From: Oikopleura dioica
Lineage: Eukaryota > Animalia > Chordata
NCBI GenBank assembly: GCA_907165135.1
Contig: OU015567.1
Location: 1-64,000, forward strand
Length of the DNA: 64,000 bases
Direction: 5' to 3'
The notes beneath the pieces were generated by a model. It was not told where the DNA came from and did not search any database. It saw only the letters and a program-made list of their open reading frames with translations. A program made the translations under genes and the position numbers. Below are positions 46,353 through 60,169 of the stretch, in pieces; the first letter of the stretch is position 1, and each line of letters opens with the position of its first letter.

Positions 46353-48021
46353 GATACCAAATCTCTGGTTTTTCTGATTGCAATTAAAATATAACTAATC
46401 AAATTAATTTTTCTGCAATAAAATTTGATCAAAATTTTTGCTTTTACGGTTATTTGTTTATTCGAGGAATGAGGGAAATTTGGCGGTGAGCGAAAATGCA
46501 AAAATTATGCAGCTGCATTTTCCAAATAAGAAAACAATATTGCACGCGCGGAAAGCATGGTTTTTCAAAACACAGAGTTCACAAGTTCGTCCCAGTTTTC
46601 TTCCGGATAATCATTAGCGATCTTTTCAGATCAAATTCTTTCGCATGAGCCGGGTTCTCAGGCTTTTTCTTTTCGCTTCAGGAGACGAACAGTGAAGGGA
46701 TGAATTATGTCGCGGAAAGCGGCGCCAAATTTCGCATAAATAAAATAAAGAAAGATTAATAAAAGTTAAGGAAAGCAAGGTAAAATAATCTATAATAATA
46801 ATTGGCCAGAAATTAAAATTATAAATTTACAGAAAAGATAATAAAAAGTAAATAAAATAGTTTCTCATTTTTTTGTTATTTTTTTTTTTGATTTTTTTTT
46901 CAATTATGTTTGCATAAAATACAGTTAAATAAAGTGTAATGATTAATTTAAATTACAGAAAAATTTATAAAGTCAAAACTACTTCGGCTCACCTTGCAGT
47001 GCTTATTGACGCCTTTTGCTTCACTCGCTACTTTGCGTCAAGCCCTATCGTTGACAGGGAACCGCAAGATGCCAAGTATCTGCAGCTTGAAGCTTGCCAT
47101 CCGGCGCGCCCATGGGTGCCATTTGAAGTAGAATTGAAGAGTTGGCGAGGTGGTAGAACTCGCGTCCGCGCCGATAGCAGCAGTCGAAGATTTTCCAAAT
47201 TGAACAGAATAAGATAAACCCACTAGCTAGAAATTAAGAACAAATTAACCCTCGAACACTAAGGGCTTTTACAGAGCAAAGACACCTAATTTAAACTAGG
47301 AAAGAAACGATCCAAGCAACATTTTTTCAATTTCAAATAAAATTAACCCTCGAACATGCGGGACTTTTCATGCATAAACAAGAACGATAAGAGTAATTTT
47401 AGAAATCATAAATGAAAATTAACCCTCGAACACTTAGGTTAAGTTAGAATCAAGAATTTTAATAAAATGAACCCTCGAACACAAGGGTTTCCATGCAACC
47501 AAATGTTTTGTTCCGAGCAATATATCGATCATGCTAATTTTTAACAAGCGAATTTGAAGTATTTTAGTAGATAAATTCGGGATTAAGCGGTTATTTTTGA
47601 TAACGCTTCTAAATAAATTTTCAATAATAATTGTACAGAGGTTATATGTGCACGCGTACGTACTGTTAAGCCTAGACTTTAACCGCTTAATTTAAACCCT
47701 AACCAGAAGAATTGAAGAGTTCGGCCGCTCGCTGACTTTAGAGGTCTGCCGAGGTTCTAGCTCCGATGCAGACATAAAGCCGCGAGAAGACCTTTTACCA
47801 GTGATGAGATGAAATTTGGGACCGTGAAGAGACGTTTTTGGATTGTGAAGAGTCTCTTTTGAACCGCAAGGAGACTCTTTTGGGCGGAAATTTCGACGCC
47901 ATCTTTTCAAAATTTTTGGTGTGAATTCGGGCTGTATTTTGAAGCTTAGTTTGAGTTCAATTTCACCGTGAAGATTATCAGAAGATTTTTTTTTTTCGGC
48001 ATTTTCTGTAGTATTGTATCA
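46352..48021 (-). repeat. E 5' LTR
   Basis: Direct repeat of 38411-40080; only homopolymer differences seen. Confidence 0.96.
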
Positions 48022-48928
48022 GACAGAAACGCTGCAAATAAAATAAGAGCAAAAAACGAATTTTCAAAATTTTGACCTCGTTTTGGGCAATTCATGATAA
48101 CGATGACCATCGAAAAAAAAATTTTTTTTGAATTTCTTTTCTGTTGGGTTTGAGAGGCTCAGAATCAACCAAAATGACGCTCGGAATACGGCAGAAACGC
48201 TGCAAATAAAATAAGAGCAAATAACGAAATTTCAAAATTTTGACCTCGTTTTTGGGCGATTTATGATAACGATGACCATCGAAAAAATTTTTTGAATTTT
48301 TTTGTTGGGTTTGAGAGGCTCAGAATCAACAAAAATGACGCTCTGAAGACGGCAGAAACGCTGCAAATAAAATTAGGGCAAAAACGAACTTTCAAAATTT
48401 TGACCTCGTTTTTGGGCGATTTATGATAACGATGACCATCGAAAAATTTTTTTGAATTTTTTTCTAATGGGTTTGAGAGGCTCAGAATCTACCAAAATGA
48501 CGCTCGGAAGACGGCAGAAACGCTGCAAATAAAATAAGGGCAAAAACGAAATTTCAAAATTTTGACCTCGTTTTTGGGCGATTCATGATAACGATGACCA
48601 TCGAAAAAATTTTTTTTTGAATTTTTTCTGTTGGGTTTGAGAGGCTAAGAATCAACCAAAATGACGCTCGGAAGACGACAGAAACGCTGCAAATAAAATA
48701 AGAGCAAAAAACGAATTTTCAAAATTTTGACCTCATTTTTGGGCGATTCATGATAACGATGACCATCGAAAAATTTTTTTGAATTTTTTCTGTTGGGTTT
48801 GAGAGGCTAAGAATCAACCAAAATGACGCTCGGAAGACGACAGAAACGCTGCAAATAAAATAAGAGCAAAAAACGAATTTTCAAAATTTTGACCTCATTT
48901 TTGGGCGATTCATGATAACGATGACCAT
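48022..48928. repeat. Satellite block 4
   Basis: Same monomer. Confidence 0.97.
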
Positions 48929-49970
48929 TAATATCGATACGGCAGAAGAACATAAAAATAAAAATTGAATTATCCTACAATCACGGCCAAATTACGCTAA
49001 CTCGGATAGATTTTTGAATCTTTCACAAATCGAATGTAAAACTTGAAATCTTGAGCCGATTTCATGAATCGCCAGCATGAGTTCATCATAATCCCTCTTA
49101 TTCTCTGTAGCGTACGCGCTATTTTACTTCATTTAAGGCACATTAGCCAACCGTCTTCGGGCGTTAAAATCTCACTCTTTTAGATACGCATGAATATTCA
49201 ACCCTTTTCTATTGGAAACAACTCTCAATTCATTTTAGTTCTAAATTCTCTTTCTAGTTCAAATTAATCCCTTCTTATTTTGCTGTTTAAAACGATTCTC
49301 AAGCTTCAACCTGGAAAAGCTAAAAAACGATGGATTCTTCCTTGATTTCACCCTGGACCATTTGTATGAATATTCATCCCCAGCTGAGTTCCGCTTTTGC
49401 GGCTTGACAGTGTGACCCCGTGCTCCGCGGGATGGCGCTGTCAGTAACTGCTCCTGGTAGGCGTTTTTGTTTGAACCCTTTTTGGCTCGATTAAGGACGA
49501 ATGGCTATCATCTTTAAAAACGACAAAACTGCACGTTCTACAACGACGACAACTGCTCCATCAACGAAAACGACAACGAACGGACTGACAACGATTTTGG
49601 ACATGGACTAATAACGGCTTCTTATCAAAAGTGATACGGCAACATAGTTGGAAGTTGATCTTTTGATAAGTCAAAATGATGATATGGGAATCGGCTGCTT
49701 CTTGCGTAACAATCACTGCGGCGAAAATGAAGAAAACAACGAGAAAAACAAGAGCGCGAAATGCGCCGCGCAAAATCAAAACATCCGCGAAATACTTGGC
49801 GAAATGCCCTTATTTGGAAATTTTACCATCTGCGCGGAATTGAAATTTGAAAATTTGAAATTCGAAAATCATTCTCGATCTTACCAAATAAAATAGCGTC
49901 GATTCCTGAATTTTTAATTGTTTCCTTTGCAAGTTGCAGATTAGCTTAGAGAATCATCCCTTTCGGTATC
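48929..49970 (+). mobile_element. G1: solo LTR related to the A/D LTRs, termini degraded
   Basis: Shares U3 boxes, the RNA motif (49372-49461) and the TAGCTTAGAGA...TCGGTATC end with A/D; no internal coding region; starts TAATA and lacks the terminal A and right TSD. Confidence 0.85.
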
Positions 49971-51452
49971 GAAAAAATTTTTTTGATTTTTTCTGTTGGG
50001 TTTGAGAGGCTCAGAATCAACCAAAATGACGCTCGGAAGACGGCAAAAACGCTTCAAATAAAATAAGGGCAAAAACGAACTTTCAAAATTTTGACCTCGT
50101 TTTTGGGCGATTCATGATAACAATGACCATCGAAAAAAATTTTTTGAATTTTTTCTGTTGGGTTTGAGAGGCTCAGAATCAACCAAAATGACGCTCGGAA
50201 GACGGCCGAAACGCTGCAAATAAAATAAGGGCAAAAAACAAACTTTCAAAATTTTGACCTCATTTTTGGGCGATTCATGATAACGATGAACATCGAAAAA
50301 AAATTTTTTTTTTTTTTGAATTTTTTTTCTGTTGGGTTTGAGAGGCTCAGAATCAACCAAAATGACGCTCGGAAGACGGCAAAAACGCTGCAAATAAAAT
50401 AAGGGCAAAAAACGAACTTTCAAAATTTTGACCTCGTTTTTGGGCGATTCATGATAACGATGACCATCGAAAAAAATTTTTTTGAATTTTTTCTGTTGGG
50501 TTTGAGAGGCTCAGAATCAACCAAAATGACGCTCGGAAGACGGCAGAAACGCTGCAAATAAAATAAGGGCAAAAACGAAATTTCAAAATTTTGACCTCGT
50601 TTTTGGGCGATTCATGATAACGATGACCATCGAAAAATTTTTTTGTTTTTTTCTTCTATTGGGTTTGAGAGGCTCAGAATCAACCAAAATGACGCTCGGA
50701 AGACGACAGAAACGCTGCAAATAAAATAAGGGCAAAAACGAACTTTCAAAATTTTGACCTCGTTTTTGGCGATTCATGATAACGATGACCATCGAAAATA
50801 TATTTTTTGGGTTTTTTCTGTTGGGTTTGAGAGGCTCAGAATCAACCAAAATGATGCTCGGAAGACGGCAAAAACGCTGCAAATAAAATAAGGGCAAAAA
50901 CAAACTTTCAAAATTTTGACCTCGTTTTTGGGCGATTCATGATAACGATGACCATCGAAAAAAATTTTTTGAATTTTTTCTGTTGAGTTTGAGAGGCTCA
51001 GAATTAACCAAAATGACGCTCGGAAGACGGCAGAAACGCTGCAAATAAAATAAGGGCAAAAACGAATTTTCAAAATTTTGACCTCGTTTTTGGGCGATTC
51101 ATGATAACGATGACCATCGAAAAAAATTTTTTGAATTTTTTTCTGTTTGGTTTGAGAGGCTCAGAATCAACCAAAATGACGCTCGGAAGACGGCAGAAAC
51201 GTTGCAAATAAAATTAGAGCAAAAACGATTTTTCAAAATTTTGACCTCATTTTTGGGCGATTCATGATAACGATGACCATCGAAAAAATTTCTTTTTTTG
51301 AATTTTTTTTTTTCTGTTGGGTTTGAGAGGCTCAGAATCGACCAAAATGACGCTCGGAAGACGACAGAAACGCTGCAAATAAAATGAGAGCAAAAAACGA
51401 ATTTTCAAAATTTTGACCTCATTTTTGGGCGATTCATGATAACGATGACCAT
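49971..51452. repeat. Satellite block 5
   Basis: Same monomer. Confidence 0.97.
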
Positions 51453-53309
51453 TTATATCGATACGGCAGAAGAACATAAAAAATGAAAATTGAATTATCC
51501 TTCAATCACGGCCAAATTACGCTAACTCGGATAGATTTTTGAATCTTTCACAAATCGAATGTAAAACTTGAAATCTTGAGCCGATTTCATGAATCGCCAG
51601 CATGAGTTCATCATAATCCCTCTTATTCTCTGTAGCGTACGCGCTATTTTACTTCATTTAAGGCACATTAGCCAACCGTCTTCGGGCGTTAAAATCTCAC
51701 TCTTTTAGATACGCATGAATATTCAACCCTTTTCTATTGGAAACAACTCTCAATTCATTTTAGTTCTAAATTCTCTTTCTAGTTCAAATTAATCCCTTCT
51801 TATTTTGCTGTTTAAAACGATTCTCAAGCTTCAACCTGGAAAAGCTAAAAAACGATGGATTCTTCCTTGATTTCACCCTGGACCATTTGTATGAATATTC
51901 ATCCCCAGCTGAGTTCCGCTTTTGCGGCTTGACAGTGTGACCCCGTGCTCCGCGGGATGGCGCTGTCAGTAACTGCTCCTGGTAGGCGTTTTTGTTTGAA
52001 CCCTTTTTTGGCTCGATTAAGGACGAATGGCTATCATCTTTAAAAACGACAAAACTGCACGTTCTACAACGACGACAACTGCTCCATCAACGAAAACGAC
52101 AACGAACGGACTGACAACGATTTTGGACATAGACTGATAACGGCTTCTTATCAAAAGTGATACGGCAACATAGTTGGAAGTTGATCTTTTGATAAGTCAA
52201 AATGATGATATGGGAATCGGCTGCTTCTTGCGTAACAATCACTGCGGCGAAAATGAAGAAAACAACGAGAAAAACAAGAGCGCGAAATGCGCCGCGCAAA
52301 ATCAAAACATCCGCGAAATACTTGGCGAAATGCCCTTATTTGGAAATTTTACCATCTGCGCGGAATTGAAATTTGAAAATTTGAAATTCGAAAATCATTC
52401 TCGATCTTACCAAATAAAATAGCGTCGATTCCTGAATTTTTAATTGTTTCCTTTGCAAGTTGCAGATTAGCTTAGAGAATCATCTGATACAATACTGAAG
52501 AAAAAGAGAGAAAAAAAAAAAATTTTTTTTTGATTAATTTTCACGGTGAAATTAAACTCAAAATAAGTCGCAGAGTACTTCCCAAAGTCACATAAAAATT
52601 TGGAAAAGATGGCGTTGAATATTCCGCCCAAAATCTTCTACTCACGGCCAAAATTATCATCATCACTGGTAAAAGGTCTTCTTGCTCTTTTATGTCTGTA
52701 TCGGAGCTAGAACCTCTGCAGACCTCTAAAATAAGCGAGCGGCCGACTGCTTTATCTAAAGCTCTGGTTAGGGGTAAAAATAAGCGGTAAATACTTAGGC
52801 TTGTCAGTACGTACGCGTGCATATAAAACTTCTGTTCAATTATTATTCGAAACATTTATAATTTGATTCAAAACTAACCGCTTAATTTCCGAATTCTCTA
52901 CTAATATACTCTCCGAATTTGCATGTTCAAAATTAGCATGATCGTTCATTTATCGCTCGAAAATTATAGATCTGACTTGCATGAAAGCTCTAGTGTTCTA
53001 GGGTTAATTTTATTTTAATTCCTGACACTTTATTAAATTCTTCCAAAATTGCTTGCTGTTAAATTTAACCCGACTGATCCAGGGTTAAATTTATTTTAAA
53101 AATTCATTATTTCTTATTTCACTCGAGTGTTCGAGGATTAACTTGCTCTTGATTATAAGCTGTGGCTTTTTCTGTTCGATAAATTGGAAATCAATGATGA
53201 TTGCTTACGACGCGGATGCGAGTTCTACCACCTCGCCAACCCTTCAAAATTAGCTTCTAATGGCACCCATGGGCGGGCCGGATGGCAAGCTTCAATGCTG
53301 CAGATACTT

Positions 53310-53400
53310 GGGCATCTTGCGGTTCCCTGTCATCGATAGGGCTTGACGCAAAGTAGCGAGGCAAAGCAAACCGCGTCAGTAACTACTGCAAGGTGAGCCG
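53310..53400 (+). ncRNA. Three-way-junction motif, F copy (also 61138-61228)
   Basis: ATCTTGCGG-TT-CCCTGTC(ATC)GATAGGG-CT-TGACGC...GCGTCA-GTAACTA-CTGCAAG|GTGAG. Confidence 0.7.
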
Positions 53401-54061
53401 AAGTTAATTTTTCCCTATAATTTTTTCTGTAAATAGTATTCTTTTATCGTTAATTTTAAATGCTTTTAACTGTTTATTTATGCTCCTTTTTATTATTTTC
53501 ACGAAAAAAATGATAGATAATCTTTTCAAAAAAAATATATACATTTATTCACTTACTTTTATCTTTTTCTGTAAATTAATAATTTTAATTACTGGCCAAT
53601 TATTATTATTATTTATCAAACCGATTGTATTTAAAAAAAAAAAATTTTAAAATTTATTCTTTTTATCTGCGAATCTGTGCGACGCTTTCCGCGAAAATTG
53701 TTTCTTCATCCCTTCACCTGTTCGCCTCCCGAGACGAAAACCAATGCCCGAGAACCCGGCTCGAGCGAAAAGAAATAGACTTGAAAAGGTCGAGAAATGT
53801 TTAACCGGATGGAACTCTGGCGAACTTGTGAACTTATTGTTTTTAAAAAATCACGCTTTGTGCGCGTGCGCTATTGTTAAAATTGTTTATGAAATGCAGC
53901 TGCGCTTTTCTGCATCTTTTTGCGCTTGCAATTTTTGCTCACTCTCAAAATAAACGAAAAACCGCGAAAGTAAAAAATTAAATTTTCAAATTTTCTTGCA
54001 GGAAAATTAATTAAATTAGAAAAATTTTAATTGCAATCAGAAGAATTAGAGCATTTGTATC

Positions 54062-55199
54062 ATGGCGACGAACGAAGAGACCAAATCCGAAGCCACACTT
54101 CCAAAAAGTAAGAGTCCTGAGGAGATCCTTAATGCGGCCAACCTTTTTCGTTACCACCGGGTCAGGTTTTCAGCTCGAAAATGAAATTTTTCGAAATGCG
54201 GCTGCTACGCAAAAATGTGCAGAATAAAATTACTCGGGCAAAGTGGGGCTTAGAAAGGGCTTTTGAAGCCCACCCTTCATCAAAAAAAGGAGAACTTGAG
54301 GCTCAGTTTGAGGAGCTTGCCGGGGATTTTATTATGCACTGCTGCGGAGCGGAGTTTTTTCGGGAACATGGGGAGGAGCTCAGTCGAATCGAGGGCGTAG
54401 ACGAAAAACTTGAATTTATTTCGAGTCTCTTTCAGGAAGAGTCTCAGGAGGAGCAAATTCAGCGGGCCAAAGATCAGCTTGATAAAATGACCAGAAAAGT
54501 CGAAACTTCGGAGACTTTTGCTCGTTTTTTAAAACGGATTACTTCTGTTGCCAGGTTGATCACGGACAATCAAGTTAATCAAGATTTTTTAATAAATGAA
54601 AAATTCAAAAAATCGATCAGCCCGGCAAACAGAAGTTTTCTGTTCGATAATTTGCAATGGGACGAATCATGCGAGACCATTGCAAATTATCTTGACTCGC
54701 GAAGGCGCCACATGAAATTAAATAACTCGGCGAATATTAATAAAATTGAAATAGAAAGCCAGATAAATGATCTGATTGAAAATCAGTCCTTTTTGCTAGC
54801 TCAACAGGCCAAAAAATTTGAACAGACAGTCGCGGCTACTCAGGCCAAAGCAGAGGAGCAAAATGGTCGGCTTTTGGACCAGATCAGCATTTTGACGGCA
54901 AAAATTAGCGCGATGGAGGAAATCAAGGACGAGACTTCTCACCTCGCTCTTACCCTCCGCGCTTTCCTTTTCAACCGACCGACCAAGGGCAGGGCCGCCC
55001 GAGATTCAGTAATCAAAACCAGGGGCAGTGGAGAAACCCAAGAAGTCGATTTTGTAGAGCTTGTAATTCGGACGAGCATTGGCGCTCGGAGTGTCCAAAA
55101 ATTACATGCTTTGTTTGTGGCAAATCGGGTCACATGGCCAAGGCTTGTTCCGAACGTAAAATTTCGGCCGAGACTAAGGCCGAGCAGTCTTTAAACTAA
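54062..55199 (+). pseudogene. gag: F gag with frameshifts
   Basis: MATNEETKSEATLPKSKSPEEILNAANLF matches E gag; frame breaks near 54147 and after 54920; ends TTTAAAC TAA at 55190-55199. Confidence 0.9.
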
Positions 55200-58100
55200 T
55201 TTCCGGAAGCTCGTTTGGCCAGGATGATCTTCCAAAAATTAGTATTTTCTCTAGTAGTTTAGCCCAAGTGGGCGGACAGTATTTCGTGAATGCATCAGTT
55301 CTTAATTCACCAGTTCGTTTTTTAATTGATACGGGTAGTCAAATATGCACAATCCAAAGAAAATTTGTTCCCGAAAACTGCGAAATTCTAAGCTCTACTC
55401 TAGTCGTAAATTCGTTTAATAATAGTGCTATGAAAATTGAAGGATATATTGAAGCGGCGGTAAATATTGATTCAGTTAGTTGGGGAAAAGCTAAGCTTTA
55501 CGTTGTTCCAGATGAATATTCTTCGATTCTAGGCAGTAATTTTATTGAAGGAAACGATTGTCTTCTAAATCTTAAACGTCGTAAAATGATTCAAGCCGGG
55601 CCGATAACAAGGCATGCGAATCTCTGTGAGATAACGAGAGAAAAAAGAATTGATTCGCTGTCTGAATGTCAAGAAGGCTTTGATTCGGGATTTGGAGAGT
55701 CTACCTCCGACTGTATAAATTTGTCTTCTGAAAAATGTGAGGTCTATGATGCGGTTTCAAGAGAGACTATGACGTTTAGAGGTAAATCAGAAACAATTAT
55801 GGATCTGGAGGTAGTAGGCTTAGAAAAGTCGTGTAACTTGTTTTTCGAGGAAAGCTTTCTAAAAAGGTCGAAATTGGAACTCATTCCTTCAATTCAAACG
55901 GTAGAGAATAAAACGAAACTTTTCAGAATGCTCATCATTAATCCAACAGATGCGAGCATAAAAATTCCGCGCGGAACAATTTTTGCTAAGCTTTTCCCAG
56001 TGGTTCAAATTTCGAAACTTCAGGTTGCGAGTAAAGAGACAATTCAGTCTATTTTGAATAAAATAACAGTTGGAGATCTTCCGGAAAATTTGAAAGAGAA
56101 GTTTTATGCGCTCATTGAAAAGTACTGGTTTCTTTTTCTTGACGAAGAGGATATCCTTCCGCCTTCGAAAATTGGTGAATTTGAAATTGACACCGGTAAC
56201 CATCCTCCGGTTAGTTCTGATCCCTACCGTACACCCTACAGTCTTCGTCCCTTTTTGAGAGAACTCTTGACCTTATTCGAAGGTCATGATATTATTGAAA
56301 AATCGAATAGTCCTTGGAATTCACCTCTTCTTCTTGTGCGGAAAAAGAATGGAAAATTTAGACTGGTTATTGATTTTAGACGTCTTAATGCGATCACTGT
56401 ACAGGCCAATCATCCTCTGCCGAACATTGAAGACACTTTAAATTATTTGGCAGACAGTAGAATTTATAGTGTCTGTGATTTGCTAAAGGGATTCCATCAG
56501 ATTCCAATTAAAGAAAGCTCGAGGGAGAAGACCGCTTTCAGTTGCGAATTCGGACAATTCCAATTTAAGCGTATGCCAATGGGCACAAAAAATTCGCCCA
56601 GTTATTTTGCAAAAGTAGTAGACAAATGTCTGGAAGATGTTCCTCGCACTGAAATCACAGCGTATCTCGATGATTTAATTGTCCATAGTCCCGATTATGA
56701 GACACATTTGGAAAATCTTCAAAAATTTTTCAAAATTATGGCAATTAATTCGCTCCGGTTGAATGCAAGAAAAGCGATTTTTTGCGTAAAAAAAGTCGAT
56801 TTTCTGGGATATGAGATTGAAGGTGGATGTATTAAACCGTCGCAAAGTAGAGTAGAAGCAATAAGGGAACGAGGCATCCCAAAAGATCGCGACGAGGCTA
56901 TTTCACTTTTCGGGGCTTTATCAAGTCACAGACGTTTTATTGAAGGATTTGCGGGAATTGCGCTTCCTATTACAAAAACTTATCGTGGAAAATTTCAGTG
57001 GACTTCGGAGGCTACTTTAGCATTCGAAAAATTGAAGGAAATTATTTCTAACAACGCGCTTAAATTGACACTTCCTCCTAAAAATTGCCGATTTGTATTA
57101 GAAACTGACGCTTCCGAAACCGGCTATGGCGGTTGCCTTTCGTTCTGTGAGATTCCAAATGTCACACATGAGCACGGCGAAAAATGCTTACGACAGATCG
57201 CCTACCATTCAGGCAATTTTTCTAAAACCCAAGTGCGTTACGTGACCGTAGAGAAAGAGCTGTTTAGTGGCATGACTTGTATGGAGCGGTGGGCGCCATA
57301 TTTATTGTTTAATAATTTTGACTAGCTCGTGGATAATTCATGCCTTAGATTTATTAATTCTTTAAAAACAAAGAATCGGAAAATTCAGCGCTGGATAATG
57401 AATATTCAGGGATTTTCGTTTAACCCGATTCAGCGGAAATCTAAGGAAATGAAAATAAGCGACTATTTGAGCCGCTCAAATAATGAATCCGATAAAGTAA
57501 ACATCCAAGAGATCTCTTTTTCGGAAGGAGATTTTGTGCAATTTCAAATGCTTGATCCCACTCTTTCCGAGATTTTTAAATTTGTCCAAATTGATCGCTG
57601 GCCTAATATTTGCGCTGATAGAAAAATCACTTTCTATAAATTACATCGTGACAAGCTCAAGGTCCAGGAAGATGGCCGCCTTGCGGTGCTCGATTTTGGC
57701 GGTCAGATCCGTACTTGTATTCCAGATCAACTCGTCGTCTCGATCATTAAAAATTTCCACGAACCTGCTCACGAAGGAATTGATATTTGTTTCAAGAAAT
57801 TGTTTTCCAAATACATTTGGCCTGGCATGCGAGAGTCGGTCGCGGAATATATTAGAGCGTGTGCACACTGTCAGCTGGCAAAACCAGATACTCACCCAAA
57901 TAGACCGCCGCTCGGAAAAAGCGAAACGCCAGTTGCGCCTTTTCAAAACCTTGCTATTGACCTGATTGGGCCTCTAAGGCCAACTGATTCTGATATGCAA
58001 TATTGTCTTACTGCAGTCGATTTATTTTCAAAAAAGGTTTACGCCGAGCCGCTCTCGTCTAAAAATAAAGTTGAGGTTTTAGAAAAATTCAAAAGAATTA

Positions 58101-60169
58101 TATTCTCGATCCCACATGTTCCAAAAAGCATTCTATCGGATAATGGGACAGAATTTTTCGGAATAATTGATTTTTTGAAAGAAAAAGGAATCAAACACAA
58201 ACTGAGCCCGCCATATCATCCTCAAACTAACGGTGCTATTGAAGTAGTGAATCGCACGATAAAAGCGCGTCTTCGGGCCGTCTGCAATATGGATAATTGG
58301 GACAGTTGCCTTTATCAAGTAGTGCATGGAATAAACGGGAGTATCCATTCCGTTTCCGAGTACAGTCCATTCCAAATCGAAACTGGCATTGCAGAAGTTC
58401 ACAATCCTAATGATCCGCTATTTAGAAAATACGGTGAAAAAATTGAAATTGATTTTGAAAAAATCAAGGAAAAAATTGAAGTTGAGAAAGGTAGAAGAGT
58501 CGAAAAATATTCTAACTCGAAATACGTTGAATATGAAGTTGGAGAGAAAGTTTTGATGAAAAACCTTCAATCCAGCTATCCTCCATTTGTGGGTCCCTTC
58601 TTGATTGTCAGTAAATCATCGAAAGCAACGTGGTACACGTTAAAGAATATCGAAAACGGTAGAGAGTATAAACGGCACGGATGCGATTTGCGCAAATTTA
58701 TCGAGGCCAGAGAGGAGCTGACCTTTGAGGAAAGCGTAGAGGTCGAACCGAGTTTTGAGAGTCCTTATATTCTAGCGCAAATTAATTTCGATTCCGATGA
58801 CGAACAGGAAATTTTCTTTCCCGGAGCTTCAATCGCTCTCAGTGCTAGTGATAATACAGTGACTCAACAAAGCTCTGAAATTGAAATCAACAAGGAGGTT
58901 AATTCAGAAAGTAGAAATTTCGACGAACCAGCAGTTAATGATAACCAAGAGGCAGAGGTTTCCGATAATTCTTCGCGCTCGGAATTTGTTGAGAGTACAG
59001 AGTCTGAAAAGGTGACGGCTTCGAGTGACAGCCTAAAGACTAGCTCAGATAGTGATTTTGAAATTGAGAACCCGGATCAGGCTCTTATTGACCCAATTGT
59101 CATGCTTAAAATTCCCAAGAAAATCAGTCTTCAGCCCGTAATAACTGATGCCCAGGCAGAGGTGATTTCAAGCAACGCTGCGCCCGAGACTAGAGAGCCA
59201 GTTCCTCCGCATAATACCCCTAGTATAGCCCAAAAGCCCCAGAATATCCGCAAGAAAATAACTTTCTCGGATCTAGATTCTTCCGAAAACCCAGTTCAAA
59301 ATAGCCCGGTCCCTAAAAATATAAACAAAAAATTAACATTTTCGGAATTAAATACGCCCGATAAATTAGATGAAAATAGTCAATTTTCCCCGAAATCCCC
59401 AATTTTACAAAATCACAATGCTCAGAATTTTATTGAAACCTCCGAAAGCTCAAGCCTAGAAAATGAAAATCTCGAGCGGATTACTGAAACTGAGACCCAA
59501 ATTGTGGCCACTAACCTAACGAGTTTTGATAACCTTGATGTAAGCCATAACCCTCTTAATCCAAAAAAACGCGAGAGAGAATCTTCGAAAGATTCCAATT
59601 CTGCACCTTCAGGTAAATGCCAAATTCTTGACAGTGATAATTTTGAAATCGCACTTAACGAAGGAAATGACAGAATGGAGTTTTCGATTAATTTTAAGCT
59701 TGAAAATGAAAATAAAGAGCTTTTCGATCAATTCGACCGAATTTACGATCAATGCAAACAAAATATGTCTGTTGAAAAAGGGATATTTTGTAAGCTTAGT
59801 GAACTATCCAGGCTTATGTTAAAATACGTAGCAAATAAATTTAATATTAAAAACGGAAATGACATTGATGTTCCCGAGCTCCGACTCAGAATAAGGAGTC
59901 ATATTCAATCAAATTTTAAATTTTGGAAAAAAGCGACGAACGGCGAGTATCTTTTCTACGGTATTTTTGTCGTCTTAAAGCCAACCAAATTAGGTGAATT
60001 TAACAAAACGGAATTAAAAGCGCTTGCCGCTTTTTACGACATAAAAAACGTCTTTCATCTGAGAAAGTACGAAGCAAGGGAACTAATAGATCAATATTTT
60101 TCGGATAATCTTCCAAACCATAAGCGCATCAACGGCGAGCTTATTTTCAGCCCGGAGTCGGCTGTTTAG
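55196..60169 (+). pseudogene. pol: F pol with one in-frame TAG (57323-57325, Trp codon in E)
   Basis: ORFs 55268-57325 and 57329-60169 are in the same frame and collinear with E pol. Confidence 0.93.

Larger units (their letters stand above)
38411..48021 (-). mobile_element. Element E: apparently intact full-length Ty3/gypsy LTR retrotransposon
   Basis: LTRs 38411-40080 and 46352-48021 (1670 bp each); TSD GACAG at 38406-38410 and 48022-48026; open gag and pol. Confidence 0.98.

Noticed and set aside
49372-49410. Resemblance of ATTCATCCCCAGCTGAGTTCCGCTTTTGCGGCTTGACAG to the Oikopleura spliced-leader exon as I recall it
   Set aside because: Based on memory, patchy, absent from the B, E and F motifs, the donor is ~45 nt further on, and there is no clear Sm site. 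Worth a quick alignment but not supportable here.
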